Positions 23,282 to 34,299 of a DNA stretch of 64,000 nucleotides are shown piece after piece. The first letter of the stretch is position 1. Each line of letters begins with the position of its first letter. Both the position numbers and the translations under genes were made by a program. Source of the DNA: Blastocladiella emersonii ATCC 22665 (lineage: Eukaryota > Fungi > Blastocladiomycota). The notes under the pieces were generated by a model. That model saw only the letters and a program-made list of their open reading frames with translations. It was not told the origin of the DNA and ran no database searches. The stretch covers positions 1,736,001 to 1,800,000 of the forward strand of contig JANHCV010000008.1 in the NCBI GenBank assembly GCA_025594325.1. Reading direction: 5' to 3'.

Positions 23282-25314
23282 TGGGCGACTGCCAAAATCA
23301 AGGGTCTCACGGCCACCTCGGCGCCAGCCACCATGCCCTCGGGCCTGGCCCAGCACTGGCTCAAGGCCGCCTTCTACCTCCTGCAGATTCAGCACTCCTT
23401 TTGCGTATCCCAGGCCACTCTCCTCGTCGGCTCCACGCACAAGCACCTTCGCCGGCTCCAGTCCGCGCTCTCGTTCAACGCGTCGCGCACCGACAGCGCC
23501 GTCGAGCTCGACATCGACGACATGACGCCCGAGATCGAATTGGATTTCAACCGGATCCGGACAATGTACGCTCTTGCTCGCGTGCTCGACTCGTACCCGG
23601 AGCCGCGATAACTAACCTTCGTACGTGCGTCAGGGTGCTCAACTGGGGTACCATCAACATCGACGGACGCAAGGCGGAGCAGCGCATGTTCATCTGGTTC
23701 CCGCACTGGATCAACGTCTTCTACCCCGAGCTCGCCGGCACCATGCTCAACTTCAAGCAGCTCATGTTCAAGTCGGCACCCTCGCCGACTGCTTCCAGCC
23801 CGGCCGAGAACCGCCTTCCGTTCCTCGTCCATCTCGACACGGACCATCTGTGGGCCGCCGCGTTCATCTTCTCGTACACCAACCTGGGCACGTTCATCCA
23901 GCACCAGCAGCTGCTCGAGCGCGCCACGACCGCCTACCACCTCGCGTGCGCCAACTTCCGCCCCGATCCGGAGGTGGTCAAGGGCACCACGGGCCTCATG
24001 AACGCGCACCGTGCCTCGCTCCTGCGCGCTGCCCGCGAGCACAACGTGGCCCTCGCCGCGGCTGGCGGCGCCGAGCCCGCCGAGATGATTGCCCGCGGTG
24101 CGGCTCGCCTCATCGAGTCGGACACGGACAACGAGCTGTCGCTCAAGCACCTGCAGCCCGGCCGCCGTTCGGCCGTCTGGTGGAGACACGCTCCCAAGAC
24201 CGTTATCACCAACCTGCGCGCCATCCTGATCACCAAGCCGCAGTACGGCGACGATACCCTCGTCAAGAGCCTGGCTGTCACCGCCAACGGGCGCCGGGTC
24301 GCGTTCCCGATCCCCGCATGGACGGGCACGTCCAGCTACATGCCGCACACGCAGCACGTCAAGTTCATGGAGTACATTGTGCGGGCGCAGCCGCCCATGT
24401 TTTTCGTTACCATCAACGATAACTCCAAGCAGCTCGACACGCACTTTCGCGACACGCGCGGGCTCACGGACAAGGACCGCAAGTGGACTTCCGACGACCG
24501 CCTGCAGACGGTCCCTGTGTTTTCGCGGTTCTCGGCTGCCGTTCGCAACGCCGACGGCACACGTTCGACCAAGACCCTCGCCGTCTCGCAGTCGCACTTT
24601 GTCCGCAAGTACGTGCGGTCGGAGACCGAGCGTTTCGAGATTCGCCACCGCGTCGCGTCCGACTTTGCCGAGATGATCGCTCGCAGCAAGATGCACGGCG
24701 TGTCGATTGAGCGGTGGAACGCTGCGGCGCAGACCGCTCGGGACCTCGGCGCGCACCCCACGCAGCAGACCATGATCCAGACCAGCGGCACGCCCGTCAC
24801 GCTCAACGAGATCGACGTGGCCATGGCCATCGCCACCCGCACCACGCTCACCAACACGGCCGCCGTGCTCGCCCGCCGTCGCGTCGTGCAGCAGCAGCAG
24901 CTCAACACGCCGTTCCAGGGCTCCAAGCTCAACCCGGTGTACGCGGCGATGTACGTCGGCGATGACGATGCCGACGTCGGCCCGCTGCCAGCGGCGGGGC
25001 TCGACTCGCACCTGGTCCAGGACAGCTACCCGCCCAAGCACAGCACCTACATGAGCTACTCGGCGCGCCTGGTGTCCATGCACTCGTCCATCATCCACAA
25101 CGACGGCCGCCTCGTCCTCCTCGAGGCTGACGCCAAGGGCGAGGTCTACCAGTTCGTCCGGCCGGACGCGCTGATCAACTGCGAGCCGAGCTCGCTGGAG
25201 CACTGGAAGCCGCTGCACCCTCTCCGCACCGTGAGTACTCACTCCGATGGCCCGTACTTTGGGGCCAACAAGGAGATTCTCAAACTTCTCCCCGTCTACG
25301 ATAACTCCGATTAG
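23282..25314 (+). CDS. Unknown globular-looking region in frame with protein B after one TAG (or a separate 637-aa gene from ATG 23333); intron 23566-23633
   Basis: Intron GTACGC...CTAAC...GTCAG joins the MPSGLAQHW... ORF to the long 23281-25314 frame; strong codon bias to the stop at 25314. Confidence 0.68.
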
Positions 25315-26912
25315 GTAGCGCTCGCCTACCTCCCCCTTTTCTACCCTTTGCTTTACTTTCCGTTTTGCGTTTTCGTCACCAAAAAAAACCAACGAAACCC
25401 GAAAAAAAGCTTCGACCAGCCGTGTGCGCACCCTCGCGCGCACGCGCCCATCTCGGCCCGCGGCCGCCGCGACCTCGTGTCGTGTCATTGCCGGCGCGCC
25501 CCGTGCCGCGCCCGCCGACACCGAGTTCCGGCCCGACCCAGATCGCGCGACACGTACTCGGCGCTCCTCGTGTCGGGCAGGCACCCGGCCGCCGGTCGCC
25601 GTGGTCCCGAGCACCTGCTCGGCTCGCTCGCAGGCACGCGACCGCGTCACCGGCACGGCCATCGACGCCAGCTCAACGTCGATTCCTCGGCCTCGGCTCC
25701 GAGCAACGGCGAGCCGTCGCGCGACGACCATCTTCTCGCGCTGCACGGCCGCCACCCGCTACTACACGAACGACTCGCATCGTCTCTATCATCGGCCGCA
25801 GACCAAGATTGCGCTCGTCCCGATCGAGTCGTCGTAGCACCCGCACCGACCGCGTCTCGTACACACACGCACGGCATGGCCCCCGCCGTCCGCGACTCGG
25901 TGCCCCAAGGCCAGCAAGCAGCTCAAGTCGTCCCGGCCATCCTGCGAGGGTACGACGGCGAGCACTCGGCCAAACTCAACAACGTCCACGACCCACTGGT
26001 ACGGACGGCATCGGTGCATTGCCCACTCGCTCCCATGGCCTCGACCCCCGTACATCCGTACTTTTGGGTGGTCGGGCGAGAGCGGCGGATCCGTGGACGC
26101 CGCCAAAGCTCTCGGAGTGGCCCCGAACGCATACGTTCACATGCACCGATGCCGATCCAGTGGGAAAATTGTCGTCGATCTCGCACGCGCGCGTCATCCG
26201 GCCCCAAGCGCGCCGACTATCTCGACGATTTTCGCCGCCACGCTCAACTACGGCGGCGGTACCTACAAGCTCACGCTCACGCTCACGCTCACGGCCAGGT
26301 CGACCGACGGCCCGATACCGCGAGAGATCGTCTCGCAGCTCACGTCCCGGCCTCGACTACCTCGTGCCACGCGTACACGGGCTCGCGCACCACCAGGGCT
26401 ACCAGTACCGGCAGTACCACCAGTACCAGCTCCTCGAGAGTCGCGACCCGCCACACCACACCACACCGAGATCCAGGCCTCTTGGTACGGATCTCGCGCT
26501 GCTGCTGATACCCGCCTTGGCGGACACGGCCAGCTGACTCGTCGCGTCGCGTCGCCCGTGTAGAGTGCATTCCGCACCTCGACGCCCGTGTGTTTGTTCT
26601 TTTTGATTTTTGACCCATCCGCGGCCGCACCCGGTTCCACCACATCACCCACCCACGGTACACGGCAACCGGCCGGCCAGCCACGTCGCGGCGCGCTTCC
26701 GCGTCCCCATGCAGATCATCATGGTCACGCGTATTCCCGCCACGACTGACTATTGACTCGGTCGACCTGATCAACGACACGACCGAGCGAGCCCCCGCGC
26801 CGACTCGCCGCAGGCGTCCACTACCGCGACCGCCGCGCGCGAGTCCTTTTGCCGTACATCCGCGCGCTTTTCTCAAGGCGCCGGCATCTGCCTGTTCTTC
26901 ACGTTCACAATC

Positions 26913-29607
26913 ATGTCCGTCTCGCTCGCCGAGACCGCGCGCCCAGTACCCGCGCACTACCACGACGGTCATGGCCACGTTCGCGTCTTTCTAAGGACGC
27001 GTTCCGCAGCTGCGACGACCTGTCGCCGCCCGGCCACGACCGGCCACCCACCCCAAGTCCGCCGCACCTGCTCGCCACCTCGTTCCTCGGCCAGTACCTG
27101 TACCTGTACTCGTACCAGGAGCAGTTCGGCGGTACTTCTCGTCCATCCATCCATCCAGATCATCGCGCCGGACGACGCGCTCACGCCCCTACACGCTTTC
27201 TCTCGCGTGTCGACCACCCAGCGTCACTCGCTTGAGATTGCGTCCCGCCGCCCGCTGCCACAGCCGCACTCGTGCCCTTTCTCGAGTCGGCCGGCCCGCG
27301 CGGGGCGCCGCTACCGGTCCCTTTTCTCGCACGTCCTTGTCAGCCAGGCTCGCTGGCCAGACGGGCGACGACACCGGTCGCGCGATACGACCGACCATCA
27401 CCACCACCAGGTCACGATCCCGATCCCGCGCGCGAGTCGACGGCACCAGCAGCGCCGCCACGACCCGCGGTTCGCTCGCTCGCCCATCGCCTCCTCGCAC
27501 CCGATCCTGTCGCGGGATCCACACACGCGCGCGTCCGACGCGCGGCCGCCCCACGTTTGCCGCCGCTGCCGTCGCGACCGCCACGGCCGCCATCGAGTAC
27601 CACCGACCTCGCGCCAGATCACGCAGCTCGACTCGATCGCCCCACCACTACCAGCACCTCCGGCACGCGCGGGTCCGACGGCTTCCGCGCGAGACCACGC
27701 CCCACAGACGGGCAAGGGACGGTGAGGAAGAGGGGTCCGGGTTGCCGTGTCGCCTGCACCCCGCAGGCCGACGGGCGCCCGCTCCCCACGCTTCCTCGCT
27801 GTCCCGGTCTCGCAACGTCGCTGTCACCGACCACAGTGGCCCGCGCGCCGGCGTGCCCGACCGGCTCTACCGCGTGGACCGAGGCGCGGCGACGCACCCG
27901 ACCCTTTTCTGCGTCGCCGCCACGCCTCCTCCTCGGTCCCGACCCTCAAGCAGCTCGCGCGAGAGACGACGACCTCGAGGGCTCCCAGTCCGAGTTCTCG
28001 AGTACCTTCTCCTCGCCCCAGCTGTACGCGGTCCAGCCCGTCACGGTTAGCTACGACGTCCCGACATCCGCCGTCGCGCGCTGAGAGGCCGCAGCGAGTA
28101 CGACCCCAACGCGCTCGCTCCGCGGCCTGCTCCTCAAGTCAAGTCAAGCGCGCCGCGACGGCGGTTCCCTCGGCACGTCGCCTCGGGTAGCGGGTACCGC
28201 ACTTGCTCGCGTACGCGTGTGTGTGGGTGGTTCACTCGAGCCGCTCGCCGCCGCCGCGAGCATTTCGCGCGTGCTACTGCCCGGGGACCCCGCCATCCAG
28301 GTCCAGTCGCAGGCTGCCACCGCCGGCAGCCTTGACGGCTCACCTCGGAAGGCACCACCACCACCAGCTCATCGACACCACTACAACCACGGTGAGCGGC
28401 CAGCAGAGCGTGTCGCGGGCCAATAGTGCCCGGCACGCACAGCGGCCGCAAGTATTCCGGTTCGACCACGGCGGCCCTTGCGGCGCGTTCCCTCGCGGGG
28501 GCGCCGCGGCCGCCGTCCACACGGGTCCCCTTCCGCCGACAGCCGCGCCAAGGAGCGTGGCCCCACCGCCGCGCCGCTCGCCAAGAGTGCGAGTGTGTGT
28601 CGCGGTGGTGCGACCGAGCGGATCGCGACCGGGGTCGGACCGGCGCCTCAGCGCCGCACGCCACGAGGGCCTCTTCGAGGTCATATTCGGGCGTGCGGGC
28701 GAGGCAAGAAAAAAAAAAGTCCCGCGTTTGATGCGCGAGCGTGCGTGGCCCGGTGTCGCGCCTGGCCCGTGAGAGGCCGGTGCTGCGAACCGGTTGACCC
28801 GCGCTCTGCAGCAGAGCGCGGGGCACAAGACCAGTGGGTTCGGCCGCGCGCAAAGCGTACGTCCTCGGCACTCTCGCGCGTATCGACGATCGATCTCCGT
28901 GACTAACCCGCGCGCGTGTGTCTGTTCCGTGTAGGCCCGGCCCAAGCCCCTGGCCCCTCGCGCAAGGCGCGAGGTGGTTGGCCGCAGAGACCCGCGCCCT
29001 GTTGAGGTGCGCGGTAGCGGCAGAGCACGCCCCGCGCAGTAAGCGTACGTCTTCTCCTGCTTCTCGGCCTCCCTCGCGTGATCCGGATGACTGACTCGTT
29101 CGTGCTCGCACCGTGTAGGCCGGAGGCCGGTTCTTGGCCACTCGTTCAGGCGAGGTTGGCCAGCCGCGCGATGTCCGTGCGTGCCCCGATGGGTGCGCGT
29201 GGCCGCGACGGCGTCGACCCTGATCCGCACACGCTGTGTATGTTCTCCCTCTGTTCTTTCGCTCATGTATCGTTGCCCCGTTGACTGACCTGATCCGCGC
29301 GCGTGTAGGCCGGTCGGTTCATCAACACTCAAGCATCGACAACCCCAAGCATCAACAACTTCGAGCTCAACACCCTCAACACCCTCGACACTCAACCTGC
29401 TCGGTCAGCGCGCCCGCCTCGTACCCGCATCCCATCCACACCCGCACCACCACCACCGGCACCGGCACCACTTCGAGCTCGACTGCAACTGCAACCACGC
29501 TTCCGCAAGTTCAACCTCACCACCACCACCACCACCACCGCAACAGCTCGAGTGCAAGAACGACATCATCACCATCATCAACACCGTGCCGGTGCTGGGC
29601 GCGCTGA
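26913..29607 (+). other. Cryptic spliced locus or decayed gene; right-arm copy
   Basis: Intron-like units 28857-28934, 29039/29045-29118 and 29238-29308, each with a GT(A)YGT/GTAAGC donor, CTRAC branch point and CGTGTAG acceptor. Short coding-like stretches are broken by frame changes. Confidence 0.35.
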
Positions 29608-30141
29608 CCGAGGACCGTGCTCTCCTCCCCTCCCTACCTTCCTCCACTTGATGTTCCCCTTCCCATGTCTCCTCACCCGCCTCCTTTTCTCTTGCTCCCC
29701 CTCGACTCCCCTTTGCTCGTACTCGTTCCCCTTCGATTCCCAACTCTCCCCTCTCCGCTCGCCCGTGTTTTGGTTTCCCTGTTCTTGACTTGTTCCATGG
29801 AATTGTACTGGAGCCATTGTGGCGCTCCCTTCTGACCTTCACATCAATGCCCGCAGCAGCGACACTTGTCGAGTACAGAGGACATGAGCAGCGAAGACGC
29901 GTCGCGCCACCCGCGTGGACTTGAAACCTTCAACGGCCCTTTTCCTCACGAACACCAGCGTCCCCGTCGAGATCAAGTGGTAACCTTGGCTTCGCCGGAA
30001 GCGGAGTACCAGCGCCACCCTCAGCCGGCCCGTGTAATCCATTCCTGCCCCCCACAATGCTTGCATCGAAGGGGACCAAACCGAGTCGTCACGGGAAGAG
30101 TGTATATAAGCTAACCAGCGCCGCCCAGCACGATCGGAACC

Positions 30142-30900
30142 TCAGGCAAAGCTGACCGAGGTCATCTCGTGCGGCAGGTGCGACCCGTCGACCGTGGTCA
30201 CGGTCACGGACTGGCCGTCGGCGCCCGTCGTCGTCTGGCTCGAGGTCGACTGCCAGTTGCCGCCGCCGCCGCCGCCGAACGCGGCCGAGTGGTCGGTCGA
30301 GGTCGCCTGAGCGGGACCGGCGGACGCGACAAAGGCGTCGCCGCCGAACCCGGAGCCGAGCGTGAACACGTCGCCGTGGTTGCCCGTCGAGGAAGTGTGG
30401 AACGCGTCCGTGTTGCCCGTTGCGGTGGGCCAGCATGCGTCGTGCGAGTTGGCGTTCCAAGTGCCGTATCCGCTGGCCGAGTCGTGGGCCGGGAACGAGG
30501 ACGACGTGTCATGGTGCGAGGAGCCCGTCGAGGGCCATCCCGCGTAGTCGCTGCCGAAGGCGGTGGCCCCGTGGCCGTCAAACTGGCCCTGCTGCTGGTG
30601 GTGACCGACGGGCACGCCGTTGACGAGGGTCGTGGTGTGGGTCTCGCCGTTGGATAGCGTCGTGGACGCGGTCGACATGGACGAGGAAGAGCTCGCGGCG
30701 GGGGCCGAGAAGGCAGTGGTGGTGGCGGGACCAGGTGCGGCGACGGCACCGTGTGCCTGCTGCTGCTGCGCCTGCTGCTGGGACTGAGCCAGCTGCGACT
30801 GGAGCTGCGACAGGAGCTGCGCGACGTCGGCCGGCGCGCCCGCGGCCATCTGCGTCTGCGACTGGACGGCGGCGGTGCTGGCAAAGTTGGCGACGGACAT
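30142..30900 (-). CDS. Unknown 252-aa low-complexity protein; right-arm copy
   Basis: Identical translation to 9115-9873. Confidence 0.7.
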   Translation of the reverse strand: MSVANFASTAAVQSQTQMAAGAPADVAQLLSQLQSQLAQSQQQAQQQQAHGAVAAPGPATTTAFSAPAASSSSSMSTASTTLSNGETHTTTLVNGVPVGHHQQQGQFDGHGATAFGSDYAGWPSTGSSHHDTSSSFPAHDSASGYGTWNANSHDACWPTATGNTDAFHTSSTGNHGDVFTLGSGFGGDAFVASAGPAQATSTDHSAAFGGGGGGNWQSTSSQTTTGADGQSVTVTTVDGSHLPHEMTSVSFA

Positions 30901-31588
30901 GGTGGTCTGGGAGCGGTTGATCGAGTAGCGAGCGCGCGTGCAGGCAGCGGCGGGGACGCCGGGCCCTTATACATCTCCGACGCGAGCGGTGGGCAGTGGA
31001 GGCGAGGCGGGTCCGGAAATAGTCGTCGCCGCGTCGTTCACCGAGGGCGACGGCGGCACCCGAAACCCGCGCGCCCTGGATCCCGACGGCGGCCTGCGGT
31101 ACAGCAGCTGCGGTCCGGAGCGCGGTCGAATCGGCACGGGCTGGGCGTCGCCGGGCCGGCCGAGGCGGGCGAGTGGACGCGACGTCGCGGTCGCTGCGGC
31201 GCACGGTGAGACCGGCCGAGTCAGCGATGGATCCCCGAACGCCAGGCCCACCACCATCCACCGTCTGCGATACGGCGCGGCACGGTTCTTGAGACGAGGG
31301 CCGCGCGCGGGTGGCGGTGCGGCGTCGACGGTGAGACCGCCGCCGTCACGGCCGCGAGTCCACCATCGCGACGCCGCCCGTCCGTTCATTCGTGTTCATG
31401 AGGTCGATTGCATGTCACGGCCGAAAAGCGAGAGAGAGCGGCGGTCGCACGGGAGAGCGTGAGAGCGGGCCGCCCTGCGTCGTCGTCCACAGCGACGTCG
31501 TCGCTTCCCTCATCCTCTCCCCCTTCCAACAACACCACCCGCCCATGTATACTCGCTGCAACGACGACGCGGCGCCGACACGACAACC

Positions 31589-32430
31589 ATGACATCGACG
31601 CTGCCGCGCCTCCCGTCCTTTGCTGCGCCCGGCGTGCCGCAGCCGGCCCTCGCGGCGACGGCGAACGGCCCCACCCCAACAACAGCCGTCGCGTCCGCAT
31701 CGGCCGACGACTTTGTGTTCGACTTTGAAGAGTTTGTCGCGTCGGACCTCGGGATCGCGCTCGTGCCGACGCGGCCGCCGCCGTGCCGGTCGTACGTGCG
31801 CGGGCAGACGTGCGCGCTCGGCGTGCGCTGCCCGTTCCGGCACCCGCCGCCGTCGCGCAAGGTGGTGTGCAAGCACTGGCTGCGCGGCCTGTGCAAGAAG
31901 AGCGACGCGTGCGAGTTCCTGCACGAGTACAACCTGCGCAAGATGCCCGAGTGCTGGTTCTTTGCAAAGTACGGCGAGTGCTCGAACCCCGAGTGCGAGT
32001 ACCGCCACGTCGACCCGAGCTCCAAGGTGCGCGAGTGCCCGTGGTTCGCGCGCGGCTTCTGCCGCCACGGCCCGAGCTGCAAGAACAAGCACATCAAGAA
32101 GACGCCGTGCCTGCTGTACCTGGCCGGCTTCTGCCCGTACGGCAAGGCGTGCGCCAACGGCCACCCCAAGTTTGAGGTCCCGACGGTCGACGACGACGAG
32201 TTCCACCACGGCAGTGGTTCCGGGCCCTTTGGCGGCGGCGGTCCTGGTGCGGGCGACGACAATAGCAACGGCCGCCTCGACCACATTGGTGCACCCCCTC
32301 TCTCGTTGCGCTCTTCCTTCATCCCTGGACTGACACCCTCGCTCCCACACGTATAGTCTGCTTCCGCTGCGGCCGCAAGGGCCACTTTGCCAACTTCTGC
32401 CCCATGGGCCGCGCGCGACCGCCGCAGTAG
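31589..32430 (+). CDS. YTH1: CPSF30/YTH1, 257 aa; intron 32289-32356; last exon encodes the zinc knuckle VCFRCGRKGHFANFCP
   Basis: Five CCCH fingers. Phase-1 intron GTGCAC...CTGAC...TATAG yields a CX2CX4HX4C knuckle before the stop at 32428-32430. Confidence 0.93.
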
Positions 32431-32620
32431 TAGCCTCTGCGTCTCGGCCACGTCGACTGATGAATATACAACCATACCCGTCCAGACATGCATCGCTTTC
32501 AGGGTGAGGTTGCGGTGAACGGGCGAGAAGAGGTGAGCGACGCGCCGACCGTGGCCGCCCTCCAGCTCCCATCGCCGCTCCCTCCCCTCGAAGATCCCCC
32601 CTCACAACTCTCACAACTCG

Positions 32621-34299
32621 ATGCAACCTTCAATGGAAAACGTGGACATGAACCAGGCGATGCCGCCGCTGCACCTCGGCGTCATCTTCCCGCTCAAGAA
32701 GCGCGCGCAGTCGGGCTTCGACGGCCTCGCCGAGCACGCCGCGTACGCTGCCCGTCCGCTTTCTCGGAGCCAGCACCAACTAACAGCGACGACGCCACCA
32801 GCGCCAAGCACAACATGCGCGTCACGTTCATCTCGCTCGAGCGGCCCATTGCCGAGCAGGGCGCCTTTGACGTGATCCTGCACAAGCTCAGCGAGACGTT
32901 TCTCGGCTTCACGGCGGGCGACCCCGATGCGACGGCGCACTGGGACCGCGTCGTGGCGTACCGCGCGGCGCACCCGCGCGTGCCGTTCATGGACCCGGTC
33001 GAGTCGCTGGTCCCGCTGCAGAGCCGCGAGCGCATGGCCGAGGCCCTCGCCGCCGTCGTGGCCGGGGACAGCGAGGGTGTCTTGGCGCTACCCCGCACGC
33101 TCGCTGCGACGACGCTCGCGGCAGCTACGGCCGAGCTGTCCGCGTCGTCACCCAGTGGTACGGGTACGGGCCCGTTCCCGCTCATCGTCAAGCGCGACGA
33201 GGCGTGCTCGAGCCACGCGTCGCACGTCATGGCGGTCGTTGCCGGACCTGCCCAGTGGGCGGCGCTCGTGGCGGGCGGACCCTTTGACTCCGACGAGCAG
33301 GTCACGATCCAGCAGCTGGTTCCGCACGGCGGCGTGCTGTACAAGGTGTACGCCCTGGGTCCCGACCGTCCCCATGTGCTGCTCCGCCCTTCGCTCAAGG
33401 ACCGCTGGGAGGACATCGGTACGTCATTTCAGTCTCGTGAACCACAGTCCGCTCACTCATATCTCGTGCGTCCACCAGGCGAGCCGCTCGTGTTCGACTC
33501 GCAGCGCATCCCCAAGGCGTTCCCCGAGTCCACCAACGGATCAACCATGGGCTCCGTACAGGCTGCGTTCCTGTCGGCGACCGCCGAGGACCGCGCAGAG
33601 ACGGCGCGGCGGCTCGACTCGGACGGGATCCGCGCCCAGCTCGCGGCGCTCACCAAGCGGATCGCCAGCACCATGGTACGCGTTCCGCTCTCTCTCAGAC
33701 CTGGATCGTTCACCCCCTCACTCGTAACCAACAGAACCTGACCCTGTTCGGCTTCGACGCCGTGTACCACGCGGCCGAGCGGCGGCTGTACCTCGTCGAC
33801 GTCAACTACTTTCCCAGCTTCCAGGGCGTGGGCGGCGGGTACCAGGACACGTTGCTGGGCCTCGTCCGCGCGCGGTGGGAGCAGTCTCTGGCTCGTGCCG
33901 AGAACGGTTCCGGTACGTCGCGCACAAGGTTTACGACGCGCTGGTCACTCAACTCACTCACTCACGCCCCACTGCCTTTCCCCTCTCTCGCGAGCAGATC
34001 ACCACCCGCAACAACAAGAGCAAGAGCAGCAGCAGCACCACATCACGCTTCCCGCCATGGATCACCACCACCACGAGCAGCAGCCCAAGGAGCGCGTCGC
34101 TGCCGCCGCCACCCCGAGCGAGCACGACCACACAACCGCCGATCCGCTCTGCCTCGTGTGCCACAAGGCACCCATCGAGTACGGCGGGTCCGTGTGCCGG
34201 TGCCCGACGCTGTGCAAGCGGTGCGCGATGCGGCAGGCCACGGGCGGCAAGTGCAAGTCGTGCGGCGTGCTGTTCGGCGACCTCAAGCGCGTCGACTAG
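32621..34299 (+). CDS. ITPK1: ITPK1-like kinase with probable C-terminal RING-like zinc finger, ~476 aa. Exons 32621-32742, 32787-33418, 33479-33675, 33735-33912, 33998-34299
   Basis: Four GTACG(C/T)...YAG introns, all phase-compatible; ATP-grasp ITPK motifs; last exon CLVCH...CRC...LCKRC...KCKSC. The last exon could instead be an independent small gene. Confidence 0.8.

Noticed and set aside
25348-26508. 386-aa and mirror 426-aa ORFs crossing the inner arm boundaries
   Set aside because: Their N-termini differ and derive from unrelated spacer ends; the sequence is Arg/His-rich with no recognisable domain.
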